Assembly (NCBI RefSeq): GCF_040938485.1
Contig: NW_027271778.1
Span: 1,302,001-1,366,000, forward strand
Origin: Diadema antillarum
Taxonomy: Eukaryota
Direction: 5' to 3'
DNA: 64,000 bases
The first letter of the stretch is position 1, and every line of letters starts with the position of its first letter. Positions 35,701 through 61,936 of this stretch are shown in pieces. The position numbers and the translations under genes are program-made. The notes under the pieces are model-generated. The model did no database searches, was not told the DNA's origin, and saw only the letters and a list, made by a program, of their open reading frames with translations.

Positions 35701-38700
35701 GTATCCACGGCCGGTGCCACATTTTTTAAAGTGGGGAGTGGGTAGTTTATATTTCTCGTGCCGCTTTCAGGTTTCATTAGCTAACAAGTGAAAAAAGAAA
35801 AAGGCCTTCAGTGCAATTTTATGGTGCCACTTCCAGGTTTCTTCAGCTGACAAGCAAAAAAAAAAAATAATAATAATAAAAAGTAAAATAAAATAAAATA
35901 AAACCTCTGGTATGACTTCTAATCAGCTTCCAATCGACATCCACTAAAACAAGCAAAACAAACTGGTGCCACTTCCGGATAAAAAAAAAAAAAGAAGGGG
36001 GGGGGGGGCAAGTGGTTAGACCCTATGTACTCCTCTGTATTATGCAAAAAAAAAAAAAAAAAAAGTGGCAGGGGGAGGGGGGGGGGGGTGGGATTGCACC
36101 TGCCCTGGTATCGGTAGTGTTTGATAACTGGCAGAGCTAGGGAACAGAATTCCTGTGTTGCACATTTATTTTATCACAAAGTGATATAATATTTGTTTGT
36201 TTTCATGTGGAATCATGAAACATGTTATTTTCTAGTAGAGAGGTGTGTGTGTGTGTGTGTGTGTGTGTGGGGGGGGGGGGGGATAAACAAAAAACACACT
36301 CTCTAAATGTTGTCTGGTTCCAAGAATGTCTAGACATTGTTTTATAGCAGAATACTTCCTTAAAACTTGAGGGATAAAGCATGTACTTTGTATTCAAAAT
36401 TTTTATGGGTTTCGCAGAAATTTGTAAACTTTCTTCTCTCTGATAGGCTTTTCTCATAGGATTATGTTCCATCAAAGCCCACGTTGTGTTCTGTTGTGTT
36501 CTATTGTGTATGTGAACCTCATTCACAAACTTGAGCCTTTGACCTCTATGTTGACCCCTAGTATTCAGCTGTCTGTGGATGCACAGATCCCTGTGTGTCT
36601 AGGAGGTGCTGGAGGGGAGGCCATCTACATTGACACTGAGGGCAGCTTCATTCCACAGCGGGCCTGGGAAATTGGGCAAGCCGCAGCGGAGCACTGTCAG
36701 CGATTGCTGGATGCGGGGAGTGCAGCAGGTCTGTGTTTTTTTTTACTGTGTTTGTGTATGTGTTTGTGTGTGTGTGTGTGAGTGTTTGTGTGAATAATGT
36801 CCAGTTTCTCGTGATATATCTAGTTTATACAGTTGTGTTTGTAAATTTGTGATACAGTACTATTGTCCATTTTCTCAAAACATATCTTTTTGCGCATAAT
36901 CTTTTCTTGTTGTTTTATAGTTTTATTTGTCCTTTGTATATGTGTAATGTTTCGGTATTGCACTTTGATTTGCATGTCAATGTATATATCGCTGTCATCT
37001 ATTTTCTGATAGAATTCCAGTTGTGTTTACAGTAGTGTGCATGTACATGGCTGTTGTTCATCTTTGTTGTTGTTGTTATTTTTTACTCAGCATTACAATA
37101 TATTATGCCTTGATGCATCAAAATGCAGAAATGCTGATGTAAATCAAAATGTACCACAGAAGATATCACAATGAAACAGAAGAGACAAGTCCATGAGAGT
37201 TTGAGACACAGCAGGGAAATGAATGAAGGGGATATGTATTTTTGAAAGAATGTAGTTTCAAGGGCTTTTTTTTTTTTTTTTGCTCTTACTCTTCGTAATA
37301 TGTGCTTTTATGAACACCAAGTGAAAAAGAAGGAACAAGCCTCGGATTTGCTGAGTAACAGCTATAGCAACAAAATTCCTGTGGGTAACAGTGAAGAAGA
37401 AAACCTGATCAGCAGGCAAGTGATTAAGAAATGTCATTGGTTATCTATACATACTGGTCAGTGGGCAATAGCAGAGACTCAACCACAAGCACCTTCTGAT
37501 CTGGAGATTCTCCCGCCTGAAACCCCTAACAAACAAGACTCCAACTTGATGTGTGCGAGGCACACATCACGAGCGCAAAGTCCCTTGCGGTCTAGGGTTC
37601 TAGATGCTCTCTCGTGCTATTTAAGGCTTATTTTTCAACATACAATGAAATTAAGTAAGAAATCATTTCAAGCGGGAGAAATTAAATCTCAAGCGGGAGA
37701 ACAGGAGATTCTGCAAAAATGGCCTTTCGGCGGGAGATCTCCCGTCGAAAGCGGGAGAGTTGGAGTCTCTGCAATAGCTTGGTTGTGTAACTGGGTAGTT
37801 GCACAGTACTTGGGCAGTACTCAATATTGTGTTGTGCTTGCTGTGCCATTTCTTTCATACTTTTTTCAGGAAAGCAGCTTTGAATCTGGTGGAGAGATGT
37901 GAATCTGACATTGTAACAAATGTGTACCATGCTTGTTTCTGACTTCATTTCCTTCCCACCCTTTGCAGATGCAGACGAGTTGAAAGCTGTCACTGTTGAG
38001 AAGATTCTGTCTGGTATTCATTATTTCCGCTGTCACAATCACGTGGAGCTCCTTGCCCTCGTCAACCTTTTACCTGACTTCCTGTCTCAGCATAACACAG
38101 TAGGTACCAGGACTTGGGTATAAAGTTGATACAGTTTTTGAGTATGAATGTAGTATGTTATTACCAGTGCCCAATCAAATACCCAAGTAATGATTAATTT
38201 AATAAGTGAAGAAAGAATGGGGGGGGGGGGGGATCTGCCCCCTGAGATCTTGGCTATGGAGCATGTGACAGCCATCAATTTTGCGTGCATATTGCCTTGG
38301 AAATAATCTACAATGCTGTATAATTGGATTTCTGAAATGAATTCATTTAAAATCAAGTTAATTAATGATACAATACTGTTGCGTCGATATGAAACATGTA
38401 AATAAAAGTGATGTAATATTGTTGGATTGAGAGAAAAATAAGTATTTCAACCTTTTAGGTTGTGCTGGTATACATCTGTTCACACAGGGAAGTATGCTTG
38501 TTTTAATCCATTGATTGCTTTTAGGTAAAGCTCATCGTGGTGGACAGCATCGCCTTCCATTTCAGACACGACTTTGATGACATGTCTCTACGCACCAGGC
38601 TGCTGAATGGCCTCGCGCAGAGCCTGATCCGGATTGCAACTCAAAACAGCTTGGCTGTAAGTCTAATGTGACCCCAGGGTGCAGTCAGCACTCCAAGGTG

Positions 38701-41700
38701 GACATGGTGTAGTCACTGTATCAGAGTAGAAAGGAATAAGGAGTCTTGATTACATTTACAGCATCTTTTAAAACCAGAGATATGACATGCCCCATATGCA
38801 TACCACGTATTGACCAAAAGATTGAATGCTTCCATGAAAAATTGCATAATTCAGAGGACAAATTTGGAGTTGTAGTTGTCTTGCTCCTTTTTGTCGAGCC
38901 CACCGGAGGTGTGGGGAGACTAAGGGATCGTCCATCCATCCGTCCGTCCGTCCGTCCGTCCGTCCGTGCTAACGAGAGTATGCTTGTGTGGCTAGGAGAA
39001 CAATAGTGCACAATAGATGGCCTTTATTCCGTCAGGCTTGTGTGGCTAAAATTTTTGCTTGTGTGTCTATTTTAACAAAAGGGAGAACAAAGGGGTAGAC
39101 ACACAAGTATATCACCGTGAGGTTGTACGTCCGTCCGTCCGTCGTCTGTCCGTAATGCTACAAAAACTTCAATAACTCTTTACTCTGGACTTCAATTGCA
39201 ATCAAACTTTGAGGGAAGAGGGGTCATACAAAGTTTCACATTTTATAATTATGAAGGTCACCTCAAAGTCAAAGCTCACAGGCAGGGGTCAACGAACTTT
39301 TAGAGCCCACTGTTAAGTTTTTATGGCGCGTTATGGGTCATAACTTTTGATCCATAACTCCATTTGTGACTAAACCTGGATGGTAGATGTTCCTTGGGGA
39401 GTGGATGATCACCACAAGGTCAAAGGTCACAAGCAGGGGTCAACGAACTTTTAGAGCCCAATGTTAAGTTTTTATGGCGCGTTTCTATTATGGGTCATAA
39501 CTTTTGATCCATAACTCCATTTGTGACTAAACTTGGATGGTAGATGTCCCTTGGGGAGTAGATGTCCCTTGGGGAGTGGATGGTCACCACAAGGTCAAAG
39601 GTCACAAGCAGGGGTCAACGAACTTTTAGAGCCCAATGTTAAGTTTTTATGGCGCGTTTCTATTATGGGTCATAACTTTTGATCCATAACTCCATTTGTG
39701 ACTAAACTTGGATGGTAGATGTCCCTTGGGGAGTGGATGATCACCACGAGGTCAAAGGTCACAAGCAGGGGTCAACGAACTTTTAGAGCCCAATGTTAAG
39801 TTTTTATGGCGCGTTTCTATTATGGGTCATAACTTTTGATCCATAACTCCATTTGTGACTAAACTTGGATGGTAGATGTCCCTTGGGGAGTGGATGGTCA
39901 CCACAAGGTCAATGGTCACAAGCATATGGTCAACAAACTTTTAGAGCCCAATGTTAAGTTTTTATGGCGCATTTCTATTATGGGTCATAACTTTTGATCC
40001 ATAGGTCTGTTTGTGACCAAACTTGGATGGTAGATGTCCCTTGGGGAGTGGATGGTCACCGCAAGGTCAAAGGTCACAGGCAGGGGTCAATGAACTTTAA
40101 GGGCCCAATGTTAAGTTTTTATGGCACATTTCTTTTTTGCCATAAATTTTTACCCTCTCATATCTCTTTTTATCTGTTATATCTCTTTTCTTTATCTGTT
40201 ATATCCCATTCGCGTACAATTTTCTGTACGCGAATGGGCGAGACACATTATGGCACCTGCCTTGTTATACCCCCGCCAAACGAAGTTTGAAGGGGGTATA
40301 TAGGAATCAGCGGACGGTCGGGCGGTCGGGCGGTCGGGCGGTCGGTCCGTTGCAAATCTTGCGTCGCGAACTACTTCCTCAGTTTTCAACCGATTCCCAT
40401 AAAACTTGGCACAGATGTGTGCCTTGGGTTGTAGATGTGCAAGACGTATTTTTTGACAGTACCCAAAAGTACGTTGCCATGGTAACGGCATATTATGGGC
40501 AAAAATGGGTACAAATCTTGCGTCGCGAACTCCTCCCACAGTTTTTGATCAATTTTTATGAAATTAGGTACAGATGTTCATCTGAATATGTTAATGTGCA
40601 AGACACATATTTCTGCAGTGGCAAAAAGTGCGTTGCCATGGTAACGGCATGTTATTGGTAAAATATAGGGCAAAATGCTTCATGGCAAAACTGCTTCATC
40701 AGTGTTCTTCCAATTCTCATGGAATTCATATTGAATGTTTGTCTTAGGATATAGGTCAGCATGACACATTTCTTGACAGTGACAAAAAGTATGTTGCCAT
40801 GGTAACAGCTCACATATTATGAGCCAAAATGATGGAAAATTTTGTGTTGCAAACTACTTCCTCAGTTTTTGCCCAATTTCCATGAAACTTGGTACAGATG
40901 TGTGCCTTTGGTTGTAGATGTGCAAGACGCATTTTTTGACAGTACCCGAAAGTATGTTGCCATGGTAACAGCATATTAATGGCAGAAGATCAAGGAAAGA
41001 TCTTGCGGATTTAACTACTTCCTCAGTTTTTTGACCAAAGCATATGAAATGTTGTTTTGACCAAAGCTTATGAAATGTTGTTTGGCGGGGGTATAACCAG
41101 TCGCTGTAGCGACATTTCTAGTTATATTAAGGGGGTAGAATGGAAGATAATTTAGAATATTTTATATTACATGGCAAGACACCACTGTCGTGCCTAAAGA
41201 GAATCATTTTTTGGAACTGTAGCAATAAAGCCTACATATTATAGGCAGATAAATATCTGTATTTGTACACTTGTGTTAGGATGTCAGAAGCTTCAACACA
41301 TTTCTTTTGATTTGTTCTCTCACACTCTGTTCATTACAGAAAGCTCAACAGCTCAAGGAATATGAATTACTGATTAATCATGTTAATCATGTATGGCTTT
41401 TCCTTGTCTTGCAATGACCAGGTTGTCTTGACCAATCAGATGACGACCAAGATTGGGGATGGGACGTCCCACCTCGTCCCTGCCTTGGGAGAGAGTTGGG
41501 GTCATGCCTGTACCATTCGACTGATTCTCTACTGGAAGGAGGCTCAGAGGTAAGGGTTTGTAGCTTAGATGATGGGGAAAGGCAAGAGGGGCTTAACATG
41601 GCTAGACTTACAGAAAAAAAAAATCCAGTCTGGAAGGAAAATTGTTTTGGATAGCTGTGATTAAAAATTGTCACAGAAAAGCATAACATCTCTGAAAGTT

Positions 41701-42935
41701 TGAAGGAACATTGACAGTGTTTGTTGCGACCACTGAAATGCTAAACAGTTACATTTATATAGTAAAATTATCAGGTTTTAAGATTGAGTACTTCGTGATG
41801 TTATTCATTGATATTCTCTTTGGAAACAAAAGGTGCAGTCTGAGAGCCTAGTCTACCTATGAACATTTCTAATCATCAAATGTGACATTATTTTGGTGCT
41901 TCAAAATTTAATGTCTTTTTCATGGTACTGTAATGCCACTTGCACTAATCACCTTATTGTGTGGTAAACAAGTTTCCTATTCATTCATTCATCTTTTCAT
42001 TTAGTTCCCATTGTTCTTCTTGTGTATGAGGCATCCTGCTACACTGATTCACAAGGTTGCCATGATCACTTCATTCATTTTCATAGGACAGCAGATTGAG
42101 ATTTATGGATTAAAATGATGGAAGAGTGTGGAGTACAATTATTCAAGGTTCTCTTCCCCCATTTTCTTCTCTAGGTACGCCAATTTGTACAAGTCTCCTT
42201 CCAAGAGAGAGGCCACAATCCCCTACCAGATTACAGTAAGTTCTGCACTTCTGTGTTGTCAGTTTCTCTCCATATATTTCTTGCAGCCAAAATGATTTTC
42301 AATGAATTATTCCAGATGGTACCATAATTACCTCTGACGAATTCAGATGATGATTTTGCCCAAATGTTTTGTACTGTTGCTGTTTTGTAGTTTTGCATGT
42401 CAAGACTAAAAATTTCCCACGAATAAAAAAAGAAAAAAAAATCGAGAGAAAATGCCACCATTGAAAAACCCTAATCCAATGAGAAAACCCAGAATTTTAT
42501 TGTAGTACTATTCTAATAACAAGTGTATGCGTGTGAGTGTGTGAGTTTTTCTAACAAATGCAACTTCAAAATCTCATGGAAAGGAACAGTTTCTGGTTTC
42601 TATTTTTATATTCATTTTTTTCCCCAAAGTGATAATATAGCTCATGACTTTTGGCTGGGAGTCAGTTATCAAGAGAATATTCGTCGCAGAAATAGCATTT
42701 AATTACTAGGCTTTTTGTTTTTTTTTTGTTTTGACAGCTGGCTGGAGTTCGAAGCATTGGGAGGCCATCCTCTCCTTGTAGAACTGTGCAGGCCTCATCC
42801 ATGGGACCTGCTGGAGAGAGTCATGTACTGGCTCATCAAAATGAGAATACTGAGAGTGTGGCGGCCAATCAGCATCCAGTGGAGGATGCAGGAAATCCTA
42901 GGAAGAGACCTCGTCAGGACAATTATGTAACTTGA
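32708..42935 (+). CDS. RAD51C: DNA repair protein RAD51 homolog 3 (RAD51 paralog C), ~431 aa
   Basis: join(32708..32825,34864..35043,35485..35665,36562..36728,37969..38099,38525..38656,41422..41549,42175..42235,42738..42935) = 1296 nt. N-terminus [24 protein letters not shown], Walker [17 protein letters not shown], Walker [45 protein letters not shown]-terminal RKRPR. Confidence 0.96.
33191..33374. mobile_element. MITE with 14-bp TIR and 9-bp TSD (family of 3912-4050)
   Basis: TAGACAGAAATATC ... GATCTTTTGGTCAA flanked by CACAGTTTC on both sides; RAD51C intron 1. Confidence 0.8.
33504..33633. mobile_element. Older copy of the 9-bp-TSD MITE
   Basis: CAGACAGAAAGATC ... ATCTTTTGGTCAA with the shared GAAGCCAGACGCAGTCTCCGCGGAAC core; TSD not preserved. 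Confidence 0.65.
33859..34208. mobile_element. Kolobok-like MITE (degraded left end)
   Basis: GATGGTACAGTACCGGTTGAGATG versus CATCTCAACCAGAACTATACCATCCCT; further internal inverted similarity. Confidence 0.6.
38890..40263 (+). mobile_element. HINE/DINE-1-like element with (GTCC)n and a ~157-bp tandem array
   Basis: (TCCG)n microsatellites at ~38930-38966 and ~39128-39150; ~5.5 tandem units (starts 39282, 39433, 39608, 39765, 39922, 40080) containing GGTCAAAGGTCA; ends GGGCGAGACAC..CCTTGTT. Boundaries approximate. Confidence 0.65.
40265..41123 (+). mobile_element. Helentron-associated non-autonomous element (HINE) carrying four X-boxes
   Basis: Perfect 16-bp subterminal IR TTATACCCCCGCCAAA / TTTGGCGGGGGTATAA, a (GGCGGTCG)n microsatellite near the 5' end, a 3' stem-loop GTCGCT-GT-AGCGAC, a CTAGTT end, and ~160-bp internal repeats. 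Confidence 0.85.
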
Positions 42936-44662
42936 AGCACAAGATACATGATATTGATGCGTAATCAAGCGTGTTGCCTTTCAACGAATCAGGCAGTACT
43001 CGGAGGGAAGAACTAAATTTGTTGCCATGTCCCTGTTTATGGTACAGGTGAATTTTATGATGCTTCCATTCCATGAAAGCAGCTGGTAAATGTTTGAAAA
43101 GTACTATACTTCATGCCAGTATTATTTGCCAGGGCATCTTTGATAACTACACTTCCTGTTCAAACAAGCCCAGTTTTACATACAGAGCTATCACAACAGT
43201 GCCTTCAATGCTTCACTATGCTGGTTTGAGTCCACTGTCTCCCACATGGCTTAAAGTGATTCTTCATCATGAAACCAAATCCTAGCATGTTGTTTGTGGC
43301 CATGGTGTGAGATATCTGAGAAGTGAGTTGTCTCTTTAGCTTGTGCATGCAACAGGAGCTGGTAAGTTATTATCAACTAATTAGTAAAGGTCAAAGTGCA
43401 CAGTATAAATACAACCACAAAACAAGGAGAACTTACGCTCTATGTCTTGCCAGTGTTAGACAATCTTGTGTAGTGGTAAGCCAACTTCTAGTGGACCGTA
43501 GGAAGGTTTGTATGTAAGCAGTGTTGAACTCATATGTGCAGTCATATATTGATTCAGAGTAAAGCCAAGACATTTCTGGAAGTGTTTGTGGGCAAGCTAG
43601 AGTGTATTCAGATTTTATGCCTACAGTGCTACGTTTATCTAGGGCAATATTGCTGAAGTTTTCCAGGGGCTCACTGACTTGGCAAGAACCAATGTATTCC
43701 ACCACTACAATAGCTATAAATCAATAAAATGGAAAGAAATGGGCAAAATTGAAAGCTTGTCACCAGACATTTGGAACAGAAACAGCCATAACTTACTCTT
43801 AGACTACAGTGTAAAACCCACTTGAAACTTGTGTATTTGACATATGAGCCACAGACCATAACTTTGAAATGAATTAAATACAGATTGATGCACTGTACCT
43901 TCAGAAACATTGGTGTGTGTTTATTTACAGAGTATTTGCCAGCACATTCTTTGTACAAAGAGAGGAATAACTGATATTAATGGATACATTAATAAACTTT
44001 ATGATAGTCTACCGGTACATACAACTTGATCAGCTTGGAGAAAGTAGTCAGTAGATATTTCCACAACTGGGTATATCCACAGGTGATGGGGGAAAAAAGG
44101 CTGTGGAAAGTGAAATTGCTCTGCATTGTGATAAAGTATGCTTCACTCAATTTGTGTATGTTTGTGTGTGACAGTGTCTACAGTCAAGGCACCCCTGCTT
44201 CTTGTTCAGTTTGTGTTTGATTCTCCACATTAACTAGGGATAAAAAAAAAACAAAAAACAAAAAACAAACAAACAGAGAGGCACAGCATGGAAATGCCTG
44301 GAAACATATTGTAACTGAATAAGATGTAGGGTTTGGAAAAGCAGTACAATGTTGACAATAATGAATAATTTAAAGTACAGTACCTGGTACCTGTAGATAC
44401 ATACTGATACTAGACTTGTTCCAGCTGTCCCCGAAAAAGGAAACAACTGCAAAGAGGAGATGCAAGCAAATTGAGATTTGACAAAGTGAAGTAAATAATT
44501 GCAGAGAGAATCACAGTCACAATGCTGACTGGCATGCTTCCACAGACATTGTTGTATAAAAGAACTGGTAATTTTAAGTGCACATCACATAAACCTGTAA
44601 ATCATTTTGCCCTAAATCTGTTGAGGCAATGGCCTTGCAATAGTGTTAAGTCTGCAGAAGCA

Positions 44663-44875
44663 GAGGGGGAAAAACCTTCCTGAGGATAGACGAAGTTCTG
44701 CGACGTCAAATGACGCGTCGCCTGAGGGGTAAAAGCAAATCGTGTGTATTAGGCACATAGTTCTAGGGCGCGGTATGCGAACTGTATACCTGCGTGCCTA
44801 TCATGGGACGTGGGATGTAATGCTTAGACACTTGCCCACATGTATGTGTGCCCCCATATGCAGTTTTTGCCCCTC
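44663..44875. mobile_element. 213-bp GAG-terminated MITE candidate
   Basis: GAGGGGGAAAAAC / GTTTTTGCCCCTC (one mismatch in 13) flanked by AAGCA on both sides; CpG-rich interior. Confidence 0.5.
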
Positions 44876-45033
44876 AAGCATGGCTTAATAACATCATTGG
44901 AACCTTGTCTATGGATACAAATAGAAAAAACTGTCATTAAGTGCATGCTTCCATAATGTAAGATAATCATTCAGGGCCTAGCATCTGCACATTTAAGTGT
45001 TTTAAAACTTTCTGCCAAAGATGTTCCAGGATG

Positions 45034-45518
45034 AACTAGAAAAGCACTCTGAGAGCGCAGACCTCCGCCAAGCATGCAGCTCATTTCCACCACTGATCTT
45101 GTTCTTCTATTATTTCCATCCATACATACTGCATTGTGTGCAGAGTCGCCCGAATCCCAATATAGAAGCCTTATGTTGCGTCGTAAACCCTCAGCTGCAC
45201 GACGCGCCTCGCCCTAACAGAAACTAGAGCACGCACTTTAATACGCGCATGCAAACCTCAAATGCGCGCAGCCTGAACTTGCAAGTTCATTGACCCTACC
45301 TGCTAAAATATCAAAAATCCTTCATAAATTCCCCCAAAATTCTCAGATCACTACCAAAAGTTAATCGCTTGGTACTTGTGTCATTCTCAACCTTTCCTGC
45401 AAGTTTCATCCCAATCCGTTAGCCACTTTTTGAGTTATTTTGCGCACGGACAAACGAACGAACGAACGAACAAACCAATAGTAACGAAAACATTAACGTC
45501 CCCCCTTGGCGGAGGTAA
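45034..45518 (-). mobile_element. HINE (Helentron non-autonomous), TTACCTCCGCCAAG family
   Basis: Minus strand: 5' TTACCTCCGCCAAG, (TTCG)n microsatellite, 3' CTTGGCGGAGGT, then a GCGCTCTCAGAGTGC hairpin and CTAGTT. Confidence 0.85.
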
Positions 45519-45921
45519 CTAGGGGTGTACTGACCCATCTATTAAGATGGAACCTGCCACTGGATGGATTCTGACAATATACAGGTCGTCTGATATCAAT
45601 CGTGTACTACAAGCAAATGCATGATATTGTAAGAAGCCTACTAGTTTTGATGTCATGAGGCAATGTTGTATGACACGTATTGACAATTTATCAAGGGTTT
45701 CCATGGGTTAAACAAACACACCATCCTTATCGAATCTGCTACACACATGCCTTAAGGTCTAAACCCAGTCAACCCTTTGAGATCAATCTTTTCGTCATCC
45801 AAACCGCCAGTCATGTAATTCACAAGTCCAAATCCAAGAATCAAAGCTGACGTTACTGTATCCCATTGCTGATCCTCAATAATGTTCTCAAGAAAGTAGT
45901 TTCTGCAGTAGTGGGTGCCAT

Positions 45922-60569
<14,648 letters not shown>

Positions 60570-60900
60570 CACTACAAGTACAAGAGTGACGTAAACATCT
60601 CCGTCTTGTGATGTTCTACAAGATCCACATACACACCCAGTTTGTTTGTAGTTGTATGGTTGGGTGTTCATAATACCGGCCACCTAACGTTTTGCTATCA
60701 ATAGAAACGTGAAAAATCTCACAATTTGCCTGAGATTTTACTCATGTGTGGAGAAAATACTCCGCCGATTCACAAGCGCGCACTGAAAATGCGATCTGAG
60801 GTACGCGTTCTTAGATGGCGGCTTCGAACGCGTGGGGTGTCATTTTTTCCACACTCAGTTGCCCTGCTCATTTCAACCGACCACCCTGACAATACGTATA
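60570..60900 (-). promoter_or_regulatory. Putative CFAP119 promoter region
   Basis: CpG-enriched; TGAC-GTAAACA (forkhead core at 60591-60597 next to a CRE half-site) just upstream of the candidate ATG; YY1-like AGATGGCGGC at ~60813. Confidence 0.35.
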
Positions 60901-61544
60901 AAGGGCACTTAAATGCGTTTTTTTCGACAGGCCGCTGTTTTTTTTCTAGCCGTCATTTTTCCCCAAATAATATTTGAATATATTTTGAATCCTTCGATAT
61001 TACTTTTGAAGGACTGTTTGATGAATTTGAATTGATTTTCATTAGGAAACTTTTCATCGTAATTGAAATAAATTAGATGAGGCGGTTTGTTTTTTCACAT
61101 TCATTTCTCGTTTCTGCATCAACTCGTACGGTCATATGGTAGCAAGCGACAAAATGTTTATGTTATGTGTATGTGTAACATGTGTGCACGATCGTACAAG
61201 CGGCGGTGACAATTTTGCGGTCAAAATCGTCAAATTTATTACGGAAGGATACTCTACATCTAACAACGAGTCAGCAATGGTAGGCCTAGTTATATGTAGT
61301 TACACGATAAACCTTATTCGATTTTGCTAAATTTCGGTAATTTAGAGGGAATACTTAGACCTAGTTGTTTTCGCCACATTTTACTCGGTAGCGTAGCCCA
61401 GTGAAGAATCGGACACCGTTGCGCGTAGACCCATGCGTACATTTTCTTTCTGTACACGCAATGCCATTATACTAGTAGTGCGCGGTCGGCCGATATGGAC
61501 CCGGTCGGTGTGTTGAACACCTACCATACCGTTCAAATTGAACT

Positions 61545-61936
61545 GTGAGGCTTTCATCACCAAATCCACCAGACCATTCAGAGAGCTAGGTGTGAACACT
61601 CACGGTTATCTCAACCTTCCATCCTGGACTCGACAACATCAAAACTCATTCTTTCCTTGAACGATTAAAAGGTCTTGGAATGCCCTCCCAGATCCAGACA
61701 ATGCATGTTGTGATCCATGTGACGGCCTCCTCAGCTAAGTCAACACCTTTCGTCTCCTTCTCAATCTGACGAATGAAAGGCAGCTCTAGCTAGCAGCTAA
61801 TTTCGAGGCAGTTTTTTACTTTCACCCTGTAAATGATTGTCACATGCACCTTACCCCTATGACACACACTGTCACCAAGTTCTGTAAGAATCTTCAAGGT
61901 TGAAGGAAGCAGACTACCGACAAGAAGAAGAAGAAG
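61545..61936 (+). mobile_element. 5'-truncated CR1/L2-group LINE 3' end
   Basis: Translation ..TRQHQNSFFP*TIKRSWNALPD matches the terminal SFFPRTxxxWNxLP motif, followed by a 3' UTR and an (AAG)n tail at 61921-61936. Confidence 0.65.

Noticed and set aside
35706-36119. Further CAG/CAC-type MITE in RAD51C intron 3
   Set aside because: Contains the family's GGTGCCACTTCC words, but the ends are degenerate and no TSD is visible, so boundaries cannot be supported.
37300-37902. Longest ORF in the track (200 aa)
   Set aside because: Lies within RAD51C intron 4 with no recognisable domain or splice context. It includes a short inverted-repeat patch (GCGGGAGA/TCTCCCG motifs) suggesting a transposon relic; probably a chance frame.
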